Below, piece after piece: positions 54,785 to 64,000 of a stretch of 64,000 nucleotides of DNA (within the stretch, counting starts at the first letter, position 1; each line of letters opens with the position of its first letter). The position numbers were made by a program, and so were the translations under genes. Below the pieces are notes generated by a model. That model did no database searches. It saw only the letters and a list, made by a program, of their open reading frames with translations, and was not told where the DNA came from. Origin of the DNA: Spirilliplanes yamanashiensis. GTDB taxonomy: Bacteria; Actinomycetota; Actinomycetes; Mycobacteriales; Micromonosporaceae. Location of the stretch: positions 1 through 64,000 of the forward strand of contig NZ_BOOY01000009.1 in assembly GCF_016863475.1 (NCBI RefSeq). Direction: 5' to 3'.

Positions 54785-56287
54785 ATGGACCTGACGGAAC
54801 GCGTCGTCTCCCTGGCCGGCTACGTGCTGGTGATCGCCGGCATCGGGCTGGCCGTCCGGGTGGTGGCCCGGGGGACCCGGCCGGCCGTGCCGCGCGCCCG
54901 GCCGACGCCGGAGCTGGTCGACACCCCACCGGCGATCGTCAGCCTGCTGGTCAACCGGCTGGCCGATGCCCCGGACGCGGCGGCCGCGACGCTGCTCGAC
55001 CTGGCAGCCCGCGGCTACCTGGAGCTGCACGAGACCAGCGCAGACACGGTGGTGCTGGTGCGCCGCGACGATCCGGCCGGGCTCGCCGCCTACGAACGCC
55101 GGGTGCTGCGCCGGGTGACGCCACCGCCCGGTCGGGCGCCGTTCACCCTGCGGGAGCTGGGCGAGCGGCACGGCGAGGACGGCCACGAGTGGCACCTGCG
55201 GCTCGTCGCGGAGGTGCGGGCGGACGCGCGGCGGCGCGGGCTGCTCGCCACCGGCCGCGAGGGCCCGGCCGGCGGGATCTTCACCTTCGGGATCTTCGCC
55301 CTCTTCTGGCTCAACTGCTGGGCCTCGTCGCTGATCCTGGGGTTCTTCGACGTCCGCCGGCTGCCCGTGTGGGCGGTCGTCACGCTGCTGGCGACCGTCT
55401 CGTTCGGGCTGCTCGCGTTCTGGGTCGTGTGGTTCCCCCGCATCGTGGGCGACGTCCGGCGCGAGCGGTTCACACCCGACGGCCGGCGGCTGGCGGGTCA
55501 CTGGGCCGGGGTGGCGGCATGGTTGCGCGGGCACGAGGCGTTCGCCGGGCTGCGGCCCGCCTCGGTCACGGTGTGGGACCGCTACCTGCCGTACGGCGTG
55601 GCCCTCGGCGCCGCGACCGCGGCCGCCGCCGTCGTGGGCATGCGGGTCGGCCGCGTCGACGTCGTGCGGTCGACGTTCGGCGGCCGCGACGGGGTGGTCC
55701 GCGTCGTGTACCCGCGGTCCACCCGGATGCGGACGGCGGGCCTGCGGTCCGGCTGGCGGCTCGCGGTGGCCCTCGCCGGGCTGGCGGTCCTGGGTGGCGC
55801 CGTGGTGCTGCAGCGCGGCCACCCGCTTCCGGTGCCCGGCCGGCTGCTGGCGGCGGCCGCCGGCGCCTGGCTGGTGTACCGGGCGGTCCGCGCGACCGGT
55901 GACCTGGTGCGGCCCCGGCGCATCACCGGGCGGGTGATCCACCTGGTGCCGTCGGGCCGGTACGACGACCCTGGCAGCATCCACGGCATACCGGCGCCGG
56001 ACGACGGGGCACCGGCCGCGTCGCACCGCGGCGCCGACGGCGTGGGCCGGGTGCATGCCTACGTCGCCGTGCTGGACGACGGCCGGTCCGACCCGATCGG
56101 CGCCTGGTGGGTGAGCCTCGCGGACGCGGAGGTGCTGCGCTCCCACCCGGACGTGGTCGCGGTCGTCCAGCCGTGGAGCCGCTGCCTCGTCGACAGCCGG
56201 CCGCACGCCGCCGCGGGTGGGCAGCACAACAGTCGCGGGCCCCGGCGCCCGGGGCATGGCATCGTGGGCGCCCACGACGGTCGATGA
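54785..56287 (+). CDS. Polytopic membrane protein, tandem paralog 2
   Basis: It shares long collinear identical blocks with paralog 1 (for example ADAPDAA.ATLLDLAARG, AYERRVL.RVTPP, RERFTP.GRR.AGHWAGVAAWLRGHEAF, DPIGAWWVS). Confidence 0.6.
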   Translation: MDLTERVVSLAGYVLVIAGIGLAVRVVARGTRPAVPRARPTPELVDTPPAIVSLLVNRLADAPDAAAATLLDLAARGYLELHETSADTVVLVRRDDPAGLAAYERRVLRRVTPPPGRAPFTLRELGERHGEDGHEWHLRLVAEVRADARRRGLLATGREGPAGGIFTFGIFALFWLNCWASSLILGFFDVRRLPVWAVVTLLATVSFGLLAFWVVWFPRIVGDVRRERFTPDGRRLAGHWAGVAAWLRGHEAFAGLRPASVTVWDRYLPYGVALGAATAAAAVVGMRVGRVDVVRSTFGGRDGVVRVVYPRSTRMRTAGLRSGWRLAVALAGLAVLGGAVVLQRGHPLPVPGRLLAAAAGAWLVYRAVRATGDLVRPRRITGRVIHLVPSGRYDDPGSIHGIPAPDDGAPAASHRGADGVGRVHAYVAVLDDGRSDPIGAWWVSLADAEVLRSHPDVVAVVQPWSRCLVDSRPHAAAGGQHNSRGPRRPGHGIVGAHDGR

Positions 56288-56298
56288 GAGGTGGAGTC

Positions 56299-57333
56299 AT
56301 GGCGCGGCTACGATCGGCGATCGCCGCGCTGCTCGCCGCCGCCCTCCTCACCGCCTGCGAGAGCCCCGGGCAGGACGCCCCGGTCGGCGCCTCGGACCTG
56401 CTGAGCAGACCGCGGACGGTCGGCGCGTGGCCCGGTGCGAACGGCCTGTCCGGTGTGAACGGTGACCCCGTGCTCGACCGGGCCCACACCGAGCGCTTCT
56501 GCGCCGCCCGCGGTCGCCCGTGCCGCGTCGCGCACACCTACACCGACCGGGCGAGCTGGGAGTCGATGACGCGGGGGTCGGACTGGGTGTTCGAGTTCTA
56601 CGCCGGGTTCGACGGGGCGCTGGTGATCTCGCAGGGGCTGACGCCCGAGGACGGCACCCAGGACGATCTCGCCGCCTGCGCGCGGGGGGCGCACGACCAG
56701 CTGTGGCGGGACTTCGGCGCGGTGATGACGCGGCACGGGCGCGGGGACTCGGTCGTGCGGCTCGGGTGGGAGTTCAACGGGGACTTCATGCCGTGGCACG
56801 CCGCCGATCCGGGGACGTGGATCACCTGTTACCGGCGGGCGGCGGACGGGATCCGCGCGACGAACCCGGACGTGCTGCTGGACTGGACGATCAACGCGCA
56901 CGGGACGCCGCCGGGGATCTGCGGCGGGGTCAGCACCACCTGTTACCCGGGCGACGAGTACGTCGACATCGTCGGCATCGACAACTACGACCACTGGCCG
57001 GCGTCGGGCAGTGCGGCGGAGTTCGCGGCGACGGCGGCGGCGCCGGAGGGGCTGGACTGGTTGTACGCGTTCGCGCGCGAGCGCGGGAAGCTGTTCTCCG
57101 TCGGCGAGTGGGGGGTGGTGCCGACGGGGGACGCGGGGCGGGAGAACCCGGAGTTCGTGCGGTGGATGCACGCGTGGTTCGCGGCGCACGCGGACGGGCT
57201 GGCGTACGAGGCGTACTTCTCGGACTGTTCGGCCGGTGGGGTGCAGTCGAGCCTGTTCCGGACGGGGCCGGAGTGCCGGGCGAACCCGGGGTCGGCGGCG
57301 GTCTACAGAGAACTGTTCGGCGGGGCGGTGTGA
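56299..57333 (+). CDS. Lipoprotein glycoside hydrolase, GH26-like (beta-mannanase-like)
   Basis: A lipobox LLTAC, RLGWEFNGDFMPW (GH26-like catalytic acid region) and VGEWGV are present. A strong SD GAGAGGTGGAG lies upstream. Confidence 0.55.
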   Translation: MARLRSAIAALLAAALLTACESPGQDAPVGASDLLSRPRTVGAWPGANGLSGVNGDPVLDRAHTERFCAARGRPCRVAHTYTDRASWESMTRGSDWVFEFYAGFDGALVISQGLTPEDGTQDDLAACARGAHDQLWRDFGAVMTRHGRGDSVVRLGWEFNGDFMPWHAADPGTWITCYRRAADGIRATNPDVLLDWTINAHGTPPGICGGVSTTCYPGDEYVDIVGIDNYDHWPASGSAAEFAATAAAPEGLDWLYAFARERGKLFSVGEWGVVPTGDAGRENPEFVRWMHAWFAAHADGLAYEAYFSDCSAGGVQSSLFRTGPECRANPGSAAVYRELFGGAV

Positions 57334-57379
57334 CGATCTCCTCGTATCGAGCATCAACGACTTAGGATAGCCTTCCCTC

Positions 57380-59848
57380 ATGTCTTACGAGCCGCTCACC
57401 GTGCCGGGCGACGCCCGATCGGTGATCGAGCGGTTCCGCGCCGTGGCGCGGGCGCTGCCGGACACGCCGGCCCTAGTGTCGCCGGAGGGGTCGTACACCT
57501 TCGGCCAGGCCGATGCCCTGTCGGAGCGTATCGGCGCGATGTTGCGGCGTGATGACGTCACCGCATCCGTCGCGGTGCTGCTGCCGCAGACCGCCGACGG
57601 GCTGCTGGGCATGCTGGGGGCGCTGAAGTCGGGGCGGCCGGTGGTGCTGCTCGACCCGACGCTGCCCGCCGAGCGGCTGCGCCAGATCGTCGCCCAGGCA
57701 GGGGCCCGCGAGTGCCTCACCGACACCGCGCACGACCTTCCGATCAGGACGATCCTGCTCGCGGACGCGCTGCAGGGCACCGGCCCGGCCGGCGACGGCG
57801 GCACCGGCACCGCGTTCGTCTGCTTCACCTCCGGGTCCACCGGGCGGCCCAAGGGCGTCGTGCTCACCCACGGCATGCTGCTGAACGAGGCGTACGGCGG
57901 GCGCGAGCGGCTCGACCTGGGGCCCGGCGACACCGTCGCGCTGGTGCTGCCGGCCGCGTTCATGGCCGGGCTCACCGTCGTGGTGTTCGCGCTGCTCAAC
58001 GGGGCGACGCTGTACGCGTACGACCCGCGGGTGCGTGGCATCCGGGACCTGGCGCCCGCGCTGCGCGACGCCGGCGTCACCACGCTGCACTGCACGCCGT
58101 CGCTGCTGCGCTCGCTGCTGGCCGTTCTGCCGCCGGGGCACGTGCTCGACGGGTTGCGGCTGGTCACCACGTGCGGCGAGGCGATTCACGGGCGCGACGT
58201 CGCCGCGCTGCGCGCGCACCTGCCCGCGGACTGCACGTACACCAGCTGGTCCGGCTCGTCGGAGATCGGGCACCTGGCGTTCTTCCCGATCCGGCCCGGG
58301 GACCCCGTACCCGAGGGGATCGTGCCCGTGGGTTTCCCCGCGCCCGGCAAGGACGTGACGCTGGTCGGCGAGGACGGCCGGCCCGTGCCGCCGGGCGGGA
58401 CCGGCGAGGTCGTGGTGACGTCCGACCACCTGTCGGGCGGGTACTGGAACGCGCCCGAGGAGACCGCGGCGCGCTTCGACGGGCCGACGGTCTACCGCAT
58501 GGGCGACCTGGGGCGCTTCGACGAGCGCGGCGTGCTGCACCTGCTCGGCCGGCGCGACTCCGCCGTCAAGATCCGCGGCTACCTCGTGGAGCCCGCCGAG
58601 GTGGAGGCCGCGCTGCTGGCCGTGCCCGCCATCGCCGAGGCCGTCGTGGTGGCCGTGCGGGACGGCGCCGAGCCGGTGCGGCTGGCCGCGTACGTGGCGC
58701 CGCACCCCACCGCCGGCACACCCGCGCCCGCCACGCTGCGCCGGTTCCTGCGCGAGCGGCTGCCGTCCTGGATGGTGCCCGCCGCGATCGTCGTGCTGCC
58801 GTCGCTGCCGCGCAACGAGCGCGGCAAGGTCGACCGGGTCGCGCTGCCGCCGCCGCCCGCCGCCGACCCGGGGGTGCCGCCGCGGTCGCACTGGGAGGTC
58901 ATCGTCGCCGACCTGTGGGCGCACGTGCTCGACCTGGAGAGCGTCGGCGTGCACGACGATTTCATGGCGCTCGGCGGCGACTCGCTCGCCGCGGAGGAGC
59001 TGCTGGCGGCCGTCGAGGAGCGGCTCGGGCTGCGGCTCACCTCCACCGACCTGATCGAGGCGCCGACCGTGGCGGAGTTCGCCACACTCGTCGCGGCCCG
59101 GCCCACCACGCGGCACCCCACGCTGGTCACGCTGCGCGCCGACGGCGACGAGGCGCCGCTGTTCTGCTTCGCCGGGGCCGGCGGGCTCGGGTTCAGCTTC
59201 CTGCCGCTGGCCCGGCGGCTGCCCGCCGGGCGGCCGGTGCACGCGTTGCAGGCGTACGGGCTGGAGAACCGCGGCCTGCCCGACTGGAGCGTGCGGCGGG
59301 CCGCCCGCCGGCACCTCGCCACCATCCGCGAGCTGCAGCCGCACGGGCCGTACCACCTGGCCGGGCACTCCCTCGGCGGGCTCATCGCCCTGGAGGTGGC
59401 GCGGCAGCTCACCGCCGCCGGCGAGCAGGTCGCGCTCGTCGCCGTGCTCGACACGTACCTGCCCAAGGCCGCCAAGGACTCGACGTTCGCCGGCCCGGCC
59501 GCCCAGCCGCAGGCCGGGCTGCTGGCGCGGCTGCGCGGCGACTCGCGCGAGCTGTGGTCGTACCGGCTGCGGTTGCCGCTCGCGGGCATCGTGCCGTTCG
59601 ACGGCATCACCCAGTACGGGGTGTTCTTCGAGCAGGGCCACCTGCTCACCCGGCTGCACGGCCGGGTGCGGCCCTGGCCCGGCCGTGCCCTGCTGTTCCT
59701 CGCCGAGGACCACCCCGGCGACCCCGCGGCCTGGCACGACGTGCTCACCGGCGAGCTGGACGTGCACCGGGTCGCCTGCGACCACCCGTCGGTGCTGCGC
59801 GAACCGCACGTCGAGGCGGTCGCCGCCGCCATCGCGAAGGCGCTGTGA
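57380..59848 (+). CDS. Stand-alone NRPS-like enzyme: adenylation - PCP - thioesterase
   Basis: A-domain motifs FTSGSTGRPKGV (A3), YRMGDLG (A7), GRRDSAVKIRGYLVEPAEVE (A8) and NERGKVDR (A10) are present. The PCP motif is LGGDSLAA and the TE motif is GHSLGG. Confidence 0.85.
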   Translation: MSYEPLTVPGDARSVIERFRAVARALPDTPALVSPEGSYTFGQADALSERIGAMLRRDDVTASVAVLLPQTADGLLGMLGALKSGRPVVLLDPTLPAERLRQIVAQAGARECLTDTAHDLPIRTILLADALQGTGPAGDGGTGTAFVCFTSGSTGRPKGVVLTHGMLLNEAYGGRERLDLGPGDTVALVLPAAFMAGLTVVVFALLNGATLYAYDPRVRGIRDLAPALRDAGVTTLHCTPSLLRSLLAVLPPGHVLDGLRLVTTCGEAIHGRDVAALRAHLPADCTYTSWSGSSEIGHLAFFPIRPGDPVPEGIVPVGFPAPGKDVTLVGEDGRPVPPGGTGEVVVTSDHLSGGYWNAPEETAARFDGPTVYRMGDLGRFDERGVLHLLGRRDSAVKIRGYLVEPAEVEAALLAVPAIAEAVVVAVRDGAEPVRLAAYVAPHPTAGTPAPATLRRFLRERLPSWMVPAAIVVLPSLPRNERGKVDRVALPPPPAADPGVPPRSHWEVIVADLWAHVLDLESVGVHDDFMALGGDSLAAEELLAAVEERLGLRLTSTDLIEAPTVAEFATLVAARPTTRHPTLVTLRADGDEAPLFCFAGAGGLGFSFLPLARRLPAGRPVHALQAYGLENRGLPDWSVRRAARRHLATIRELQPHGPYHLAGHSLGGLIALEVARQLTAAGEQVALVAVLDTYLPKAAKDSTFAGPAAQPQAGLLARLRGDSRELWSYRLRLPLAGIVPFDGITQYGVFFEQGHLLTRLHGRVRPWPGRALLFLAEDHPGDPAAWHDVLTGELDVHRVACDHPSVLREPHVEAVAAAIAKAL

Positions 59849-60483
59849 TGCGGCGGCGCGGCACCTCCCGCGGCGGCCCCGCCGTCGTCCGGCACCGCGA
59901 CGCCCGGCCGCTGGGCCGCGTCGAGCAGCTCGTGCTGCGCGGCGACGGCCTCACCACCACTTCCCTGGAGATCCTCACCGGCCGGGCCATCACCGTGCGG
60001 GTGCGCGCGCACTGGCGCATCCCGCTGCACGCCGACGTCATGCACCCCGGCGACGAGCTCTACACCGGACTCGACGCGCCCGACCTGTCCTGGCTGGCCG
60101 CGGTCGGCGCGGGGCGGCTCGCCGCCGCCGACGGCGACGAGCTGCTGGTCCGCGACGTGCTGCTGACCGGCGACGACGGCGTCGACTACGGCGCCGCCAG
60201 CGTCGTCGCCGTCCTCGACCGGCTGCCCGCCGCCGTCGCCCGCGACCTCGCCACCACGGACGAGCCGATCGGGCGCATGCTGGCCCGCGCCCGGGTCCCG
60301 GTCCGCCGCGAGCTGCGGCACTGGGGGGTACGCCGGCTCGGCGTGCGCGGCACCACGCTCGGCGCCGGCGAGGACGCCGCCGTGCCCGCCCGCACGTACC
60401 TCATGCGCCTGGTCGACGACGGCCGCCCGCTGTGCCTGATCACCGAGTGGTTCGCGCCGCGCGTCTTCGAGGAGCGGGCGTGA
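59848..60483 (+). CDS. Chorismate pyruvate-lyase (UbiC-like)
   Basis: TTSLEILTGRAITVRV, RDVLLTGDDGVDYGAASVV and TYLMRLVDDGRPLCLITEWFAP align block-for-block with the UbiC fold. Confidence 0.6.
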   Translation: MRRRGTSRGGPAVVRHRDARPLGRVEQLVLRGDGLTTTSLEILTGRAITVRVRAHWRIPLHADVMHPGDELYTGLDAPDLSWLAAVGAGRLAAADGDELLVRDVLLTGDDGVDYGAASVVAVLDRLPAAVARDLATTDEPIGRMLARARVPVRRELRHWGVRRLGVRGTTLGAGEDAAVPARTYLMRLVDDGRPLCLITEWFAPRVFEERA

Positions 60484-61637
60484 GGACGCAGGTCTGCATC
60501 ATCGGCGCCGGCCCGGCCGGGCTGACCCTCGCGCACCTGCTGCACCGGCAGGGCATCGAGTGCGTGGTGCTGGAGCGGCGCAGCCGCGCCCACGTCGAGT
60601 CGCGGGTCCGCGCGGGCGTGCTGGAGCAGCCCACCGTCGACCTGTTCACCGAGATCGGCGTCGCCGGCCGCCTGCACCGCGAGGGCATGACCCACCACGG
60701 CGTCAACCTGCGCTTCGGCGGCGAGACCCACCGCATCGACTTCGACGCGCTCACCGGCGGCAAGGCCATCACCGTGTACGGCCAGCAGGAGGTCGTCAAG
60801 GACCTGCTGGCCGCGCTGGCCCCGCCCGTGCTGTTCGAGGTGTCGGACGTGCGCGTCGCCGACCGCCGGGTCACGGTCGTGCACGACGGCGCCGAGACGG
60901 TCGTCGACTGCGACGTCGTCGCCGGGTGCGACGGCTTCCACGGCGTCAGCCGCGCCTCGATTCCGGCCGGCGCGCTCACCGCCTACGAGCGCACCCACCC
61001 GTCCGCGTGGCTGGGCATCCTGGCCCGCACCAAGCCCGCCGCCGAGGAGCTGATCTACGCCCGGCACGACGACGGCTTCGCCCTGCACAGCATGCGCGGG
61101 CCCGCCCTCACCCGGCAGTACCTGCAGGTCCCCGCCGGCACCGACCTCGCCGACTGGCCCGACGAGCGGATCTGGGCCGCGCTGCGCCGCCGCCTCGACG
61201 ACCCCGCCCTGGAGGACGGCGAGATCGTCGACCGGGGCGTCACCGACCTGCGCAGCCACGTCGTCGAGCCGATGCGGCACGGCAACCTGTTCCTCGTCGG
61301 CGACGCCGCCCACATCGTCCCCGCCACCGGCGCCAAGGGCCTCAACCTGGCCGTCGCCGACGCGGTCGCGCTGTCGTACGCGCTCGGCGCCTACTACGCC
61401 GGGGTGCCCGCGGAGCTGGACCGCTACTCCGCGCGCTGCCTCGACCGGGTCTGGCGGGTGCAGCACTTCTCCTGGTGGATGACGTCGCTGCTGCACACCC
61501 CCGACCGCGCCGACCCGTTCGCCGCGCGGCTCCAGCACGCCGAGCTGGCGCAGGTCGTCTCCTCGCCGGCCGCGGCGCGCGTCCTGGCCGAGAACTACGT
61601 CGGGCTGCCGCACCCCGTGGGCTGGTCGTGGCGCTGA
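60480..61637 (+). CDS. pobA: 4-hydroxybenzoate 3-monooxygenase
   Basis: VRTQVCIIGAGPAGLTLAHLLHRQGIECVVLERRSRAHVESRVRAGVLEQ is near-identical in pattern to the PobA N-terminus. GDAAHIVPATGAKGLNLAVADA is also present. Confidence 0.85.
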   Translation: MRTQVCIIGAGPAGLTLAHLLHRQGIECVVLERRSRAHVESRVRAGVLEQPTVDLFTEIGVAGRLHREGMTHHGVNLRFGGETHRIDFDALTGGKAITVYGQQEVVKDLLAALAPPVLFEVSDVRVADRRVTVVHDGAETVVDCDVVAGCDGFHGVSRASIPAGALTAYERTHPSAWLGILARTKPAAEELIYARHDDGFALHSMRGPALTRQYLQVPAGTDLADWPDERIWAALRRRLDDPALEDGEIVDRGVTDLRSHVVEPMRHGNLFLVGDAAHIVPATGAKGLNLAVADAVALSYALGAYYAGVPAELDRYSARCLDRVWRVQHFSWWMTSLLHTPDRADPFAARLQHAELAQVVSSPAAARVLAENYVGLPHPVGWSWR

Positions 61638-62569
61638 GGATCGCGGTCGTCATGCCCACGTACCACCGCGCCGACCTGCTGCGCCGGGTCGTGCCCGCGT
61701 ACCTGGCGCAGGACCCGGACGAGCTGGTCGTGGTGCTCGACGGCCCCCAGCCCGGCCCGCGCGCCTACCTCGGCACGGTCGCCGACCCGCGGCTGCGGGT
61801 CCTGGAACTGGCCGACAACGTCGGTCCCGCCCGCGCCCGTGAGCAGGGCGCCCGCCTCGCCACCGCCGAGATCGTCTTCATCACCGACGACGACATCGTG
61901 CCCGGCGACGGCCTCGTCGCCCGGCACCGCGACTTCCACACCGGCCGCACCGGCGCCGTCCTCGCCGGCTACGTGCCCATCGCCGGCCTGCCCCGCCAGC
62001 GCCCCGGCCAGGTCTCCAGCCGCATCTTCGCCGCCGACTACGAACGCGCCATGCGCCGCTGGGACCGCGACCCCGGCACCGTGCTCGACGGCCTGTGGGG
62101 CGGCAACGTCAGCATGGAACGCAGCCTGTACCTGGCCGCCGAGGACCTGCGCGCCCCCGACCGGCTGCGCTACTTCGAGGACATGGACCTCGGCCTGCGC
62201 CTGCGCTCCCTCGGCGCCACCGGCCACTTCGACCGCGCCGCCACCGGCCTGCACCTGCACGAGAAGTCCAACGCGTCGTTCCTGCGCGAGGCCCGCGCCC
62301 GCGGCGCCGCGGTGCGCGCCATGGAGGCCCGCTGGCACTTCAGCCCGCCCACCGTCCACGCCGACGACGAACCCCCGGTGATCGCCCGCCTGCGCCGCCT
62401 CGTCGCGGCCGGCCTGCGCCTCCGCGTCGTCGTGCCGCTCGCGGTGCTGCTGCTGCGCGGGCTGCTCGCCGCCGCGGGGCGACTGCGGCTGTGGGGCGCC
62501 GAGGACCTGACCGCCCGCCTGCTGCGCGGCATCCTGGAGACCACCGCGTACGTGCGCGCGGGCCGCTGA
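61628..62569 (+). CDS. GT2 family glycosyltransferase
   Basis: IAVVMPTYHRADLL, a DxD-like FITDDDIV and an (Q/R)xxRW-like ERAMRRWD are present. The GTG start overlaps the pobA end. Confidence 0.7.
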   Translation: MALRIAVVMPTYHRADLLRRVVPAYLAQDPDELVVVLDGPQPGPRAYLGTVADPRLRVLELADNVGPARAREQGARLATAEIVFITDDDIVPGDGLVARHRDFHTGRTGAVLAGYVPIAGLPRQRPGQVSSRIFAADYERAMRRWDRDPGTVLDGLWGGNVSMERSLYLAAEDLRAPDRLRYFEDMDLGLRLRSLGATGHFDRAATGLHLHEKSNASFLREARARGAAVRAMEARWHFSPPTVHADDEPPVIARLRRLVAAGLRLRVVVPLAVLLLRGLLAAAGRLRLWGAEDLTARLLRGILETTAYVRAGR

Positions 62570-62572
62570 CCC

Positions 62573-63955
62573 TCAGCGGCCCGCGCCCCGGAACACCTCG
62601 GCGACCGTGCGCAGGACGACCTTGACGTCCAGCCACAGTGACCAGTTCTCGATGTAGTAGTTGTCGAACCGGGCCCGGTCCGAGATCGGGGTGTCCCCGC
62701 GCAACCCGCTGACCTGCGCCAGCCCGGTCAGCCCGACCGGCACCCGGTGCCGCATCGCGTACTCGGGGTGGTCGGCGGAGAACCGCTCCACGAAGAACGG
62801 GCGCTCCGGGCGCGGCCCGACGAACGTCATGTCGCCGCGCAGGATGTTCCACAGCTGGGGCAGCTCGTCCAGCGACGTGCGGCGCAGGAACCGGCCGATC
62901 GGCCCCACCCGCGGGTCGTCGGCCACCGACCACCGGGTCTGCGACTCCGCGTCGTCCGCCGGGCGCATGGACCGGAACTTGATCACGTCGAACGGCCGGC
63001 CGTACTGGCCGATGCGCTGCTGGCGGAAGAAGATGCCGGGGCCGCCCTCGACGCGGACGAGCAGGGCGCACACCAGCAGCACCGGGCTCAGCAGCAGCAG
63101 CGCCAGCACCGCCACCACCACGTCCGTCGTGCGCTTGACCAGCCACTTCCAGCCGCTCAGGGTGGACCGGCGGGCCCGCACCACCGGGATCGCGCCGATG
63201 TGGTCCGGGGCGCTCTGCACCGGGAAGTCCCGCAGCCGCGGCACCACCCACAGGTCGCACCGGGCGCTCTGCGGGCGCCGGACCAGCTCGATCAGGTCGG
63301 CGTCCGGGGTGTCCACGTCCGCCACGATGATCACGTCAGTCTTGGTCAGCCGCACCATCTCGTCCAGGTCGGCCAGGTGACCGATGAGCGGCTGCTGCTC
63401 CGCGTCCGGGTGCGGGGTCGACGCGTCGTCGACGAACCCGGCGAAGCGCAGCCCGTACTGCGGGTACCGGCGCAGCAGCCGGGCCAGCTCCACGGCGACC
63501 GGCCCGCCGCCGATGACGATCGCGTTGTGCTCCACCCACCGCCGCCGCCGCGCCAGCAACACCACGTTGATGGTGACGGCGCGGCCCACGATCACCAGCA
63601 GCGCCGACAGCGCGATGTTGCGCATGAACGGCCCCACGTCGGCGAGCGACGAGTGCCGCTGCGCCGCGATGATGCCCACCACGGCCGCCGACGCGAACAG
63701 CCGCATGCACAGCCCCGGCAGCTCGTCGAGAATGCTCATGTGCCGCCGGCCCTGGTAGAGCCCGCCCGCGGCGAAGATGACGACGGTCAGCACCGCCGCG
63801 AAGATCATGCCCTTCCAGTTCTGCGTGCTGACCAGCAACGGCGCCAGCATGGCCACCAGGTCGACCGGCATGGTCAGCATCCACGCCCGCAGCGGCCGCC
63901 ACCGGTTGCCCGTCGTGGACTCCAGATACGGCAGCACGACCGTGCTGGCCACCAC
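62573..63955 (-). CDS. Exopolysaccharide polyprenyl-phosphate glycosyl-1-phosphate transferase (WbaP/sugar transferase family)
   Basis: N-terminal TM helices and a Rossmann-like middle are followed by a C-terminal catalytic domain DELPQLWNILRGDMTFVGPRPERP. The N-terminus may extend past the ORF start. Confidence 0.8.
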   Translation of the reverse strand: MVASTVVLPYLESTTGNRWRPLRAWMLTMPVDLVAMLAPLLVSTQNWKGMIFAAVLTVVIFAAGGLYQGRRHMSILDELPGLCMRLFASAAVVGIIAAQRHSSLADVGPFMRNIALSALLVIVGRAVTINVVLLARRRRWVEHNAIVIGGGPVAVELARLLRRYPQYGLRFAGFVDDASTPHPDAEQQPLIGHLADLDEMVRLTKTDVIIVADVDTPDADLIELVRRPQSARCDLWVVPRLRDFPVQSAPDHIGAIPVVRARRSTLSGWKWLVKRTTDVVVAVLALLLLSPVLLVCALLVRVEGGPGIFFRQQRIGQYGRPFDVIKFRSMRPADDAESQTRWSVADDPRVGPIGRFLRRTSLDELPQLWNILRGDMTFVGPRPERPFFVERFSADHPEYAMRHRVPVGLTGLAQVSGLRGDTPISDRARFDNYYIENWSLWLDVKVVLRTVAEVFRGAGR

Positions 63956-64000
63956 CTGCCGGCCGTCGGCACTCCGGCGCGGGCCGGGTACGACCGCCGG

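Noticed and set aside
57473-60483. 778-aa minus-strand ORF and 923-aa plus-strand alt-frame ORF over the NRPS gene
   Set aside because: The NRPS core motifs A3, A7, A8, A10, PCP and TE are all in the 57380..59848 frame. The alternatives are low-complexity.

Overview
This is a high-GC (~70-73%) actinobacterial chromosomal segment, densely coding on both strands, with no rRNA, tRNA or CRISPR array detected. Most long overlapping or antisense ORFs in the six-frame track are GC-driven artefacts.

Start to end, the window contains:
(1) a partial 3' gene end with a TQAP tandem repeat.
(2) A co-oriented minus-strand block. It holds an NfeD/YqiJ-like membrane protein, an SPFH/flotillin, a 1631-aa protein with a C-terminal AAA+ ATPase domain, and a TIR-domain protein. 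The TIR protein has an inside-out Toll-like topology (cytoplasmic TIR, one TM segment, long coiled coil, extracytoplasmic beta-propeller).
(3) A ~10.7 kb RHS/YD-repeat polymorphic toxin gene. It carries LamG domains, a glycine-zipper segment, a Hint domain and a low-GC C-terminal toxin module. A small candidate immunity gene follows.
(4) A truncated BMP-family fragment, a GDPD phosphodiesterase, and a secreted trypsin-fold pseudoprotease fused to FG-GAP repeats.
(5) An exopolysaccharide locus that combines Pel-like parts with fungal galactosaminogalactan (GAG)-like parts. The Pel-like parts are a PelF-type GT4 and a PelG-type multi-TM protein. The GAG-like parts are spherulin-4/GH135-like and GH114-like hydrolases, a secreted candidate deacetylase, SDR epimerases and a nucleotidyltransferase. 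UDP-GlcNAc 2-epimerase and a ricin-lectin membrane protein lie nearby.
(6) thyA-folA, plus HIT, deaminase-domain and cytidylyltransferase-like genes.
(7) A kinase-like protein, a globin, and a GGDEF diguanylate cyclase with a phosphoesterase.
(8) An F420-type LLM oxidoreductase, a GH16+CBM13 glycosidase, an FHA-FHA-ABC transporter (Rv1747-like), and an alpha/beta hydrolase.
(9) LemA plus two tandem paralogous membrane proteins, and a GH26-like lipoprotein.
(10) A small biosynthetic cluster with a stand-alone NRPS (A-PCP-TE), chorismate lyase, 4-hydroxybenzoate 3-monooxygenase, a GT2 and a polyprenyl-phosphate sugar transferase.

The most noteworthy candidates are the TIR/flotillin/giant-ATPase operon, the Pel/GAG-hybrid polysaccharide locus, and the RHS toxin-immunity module.
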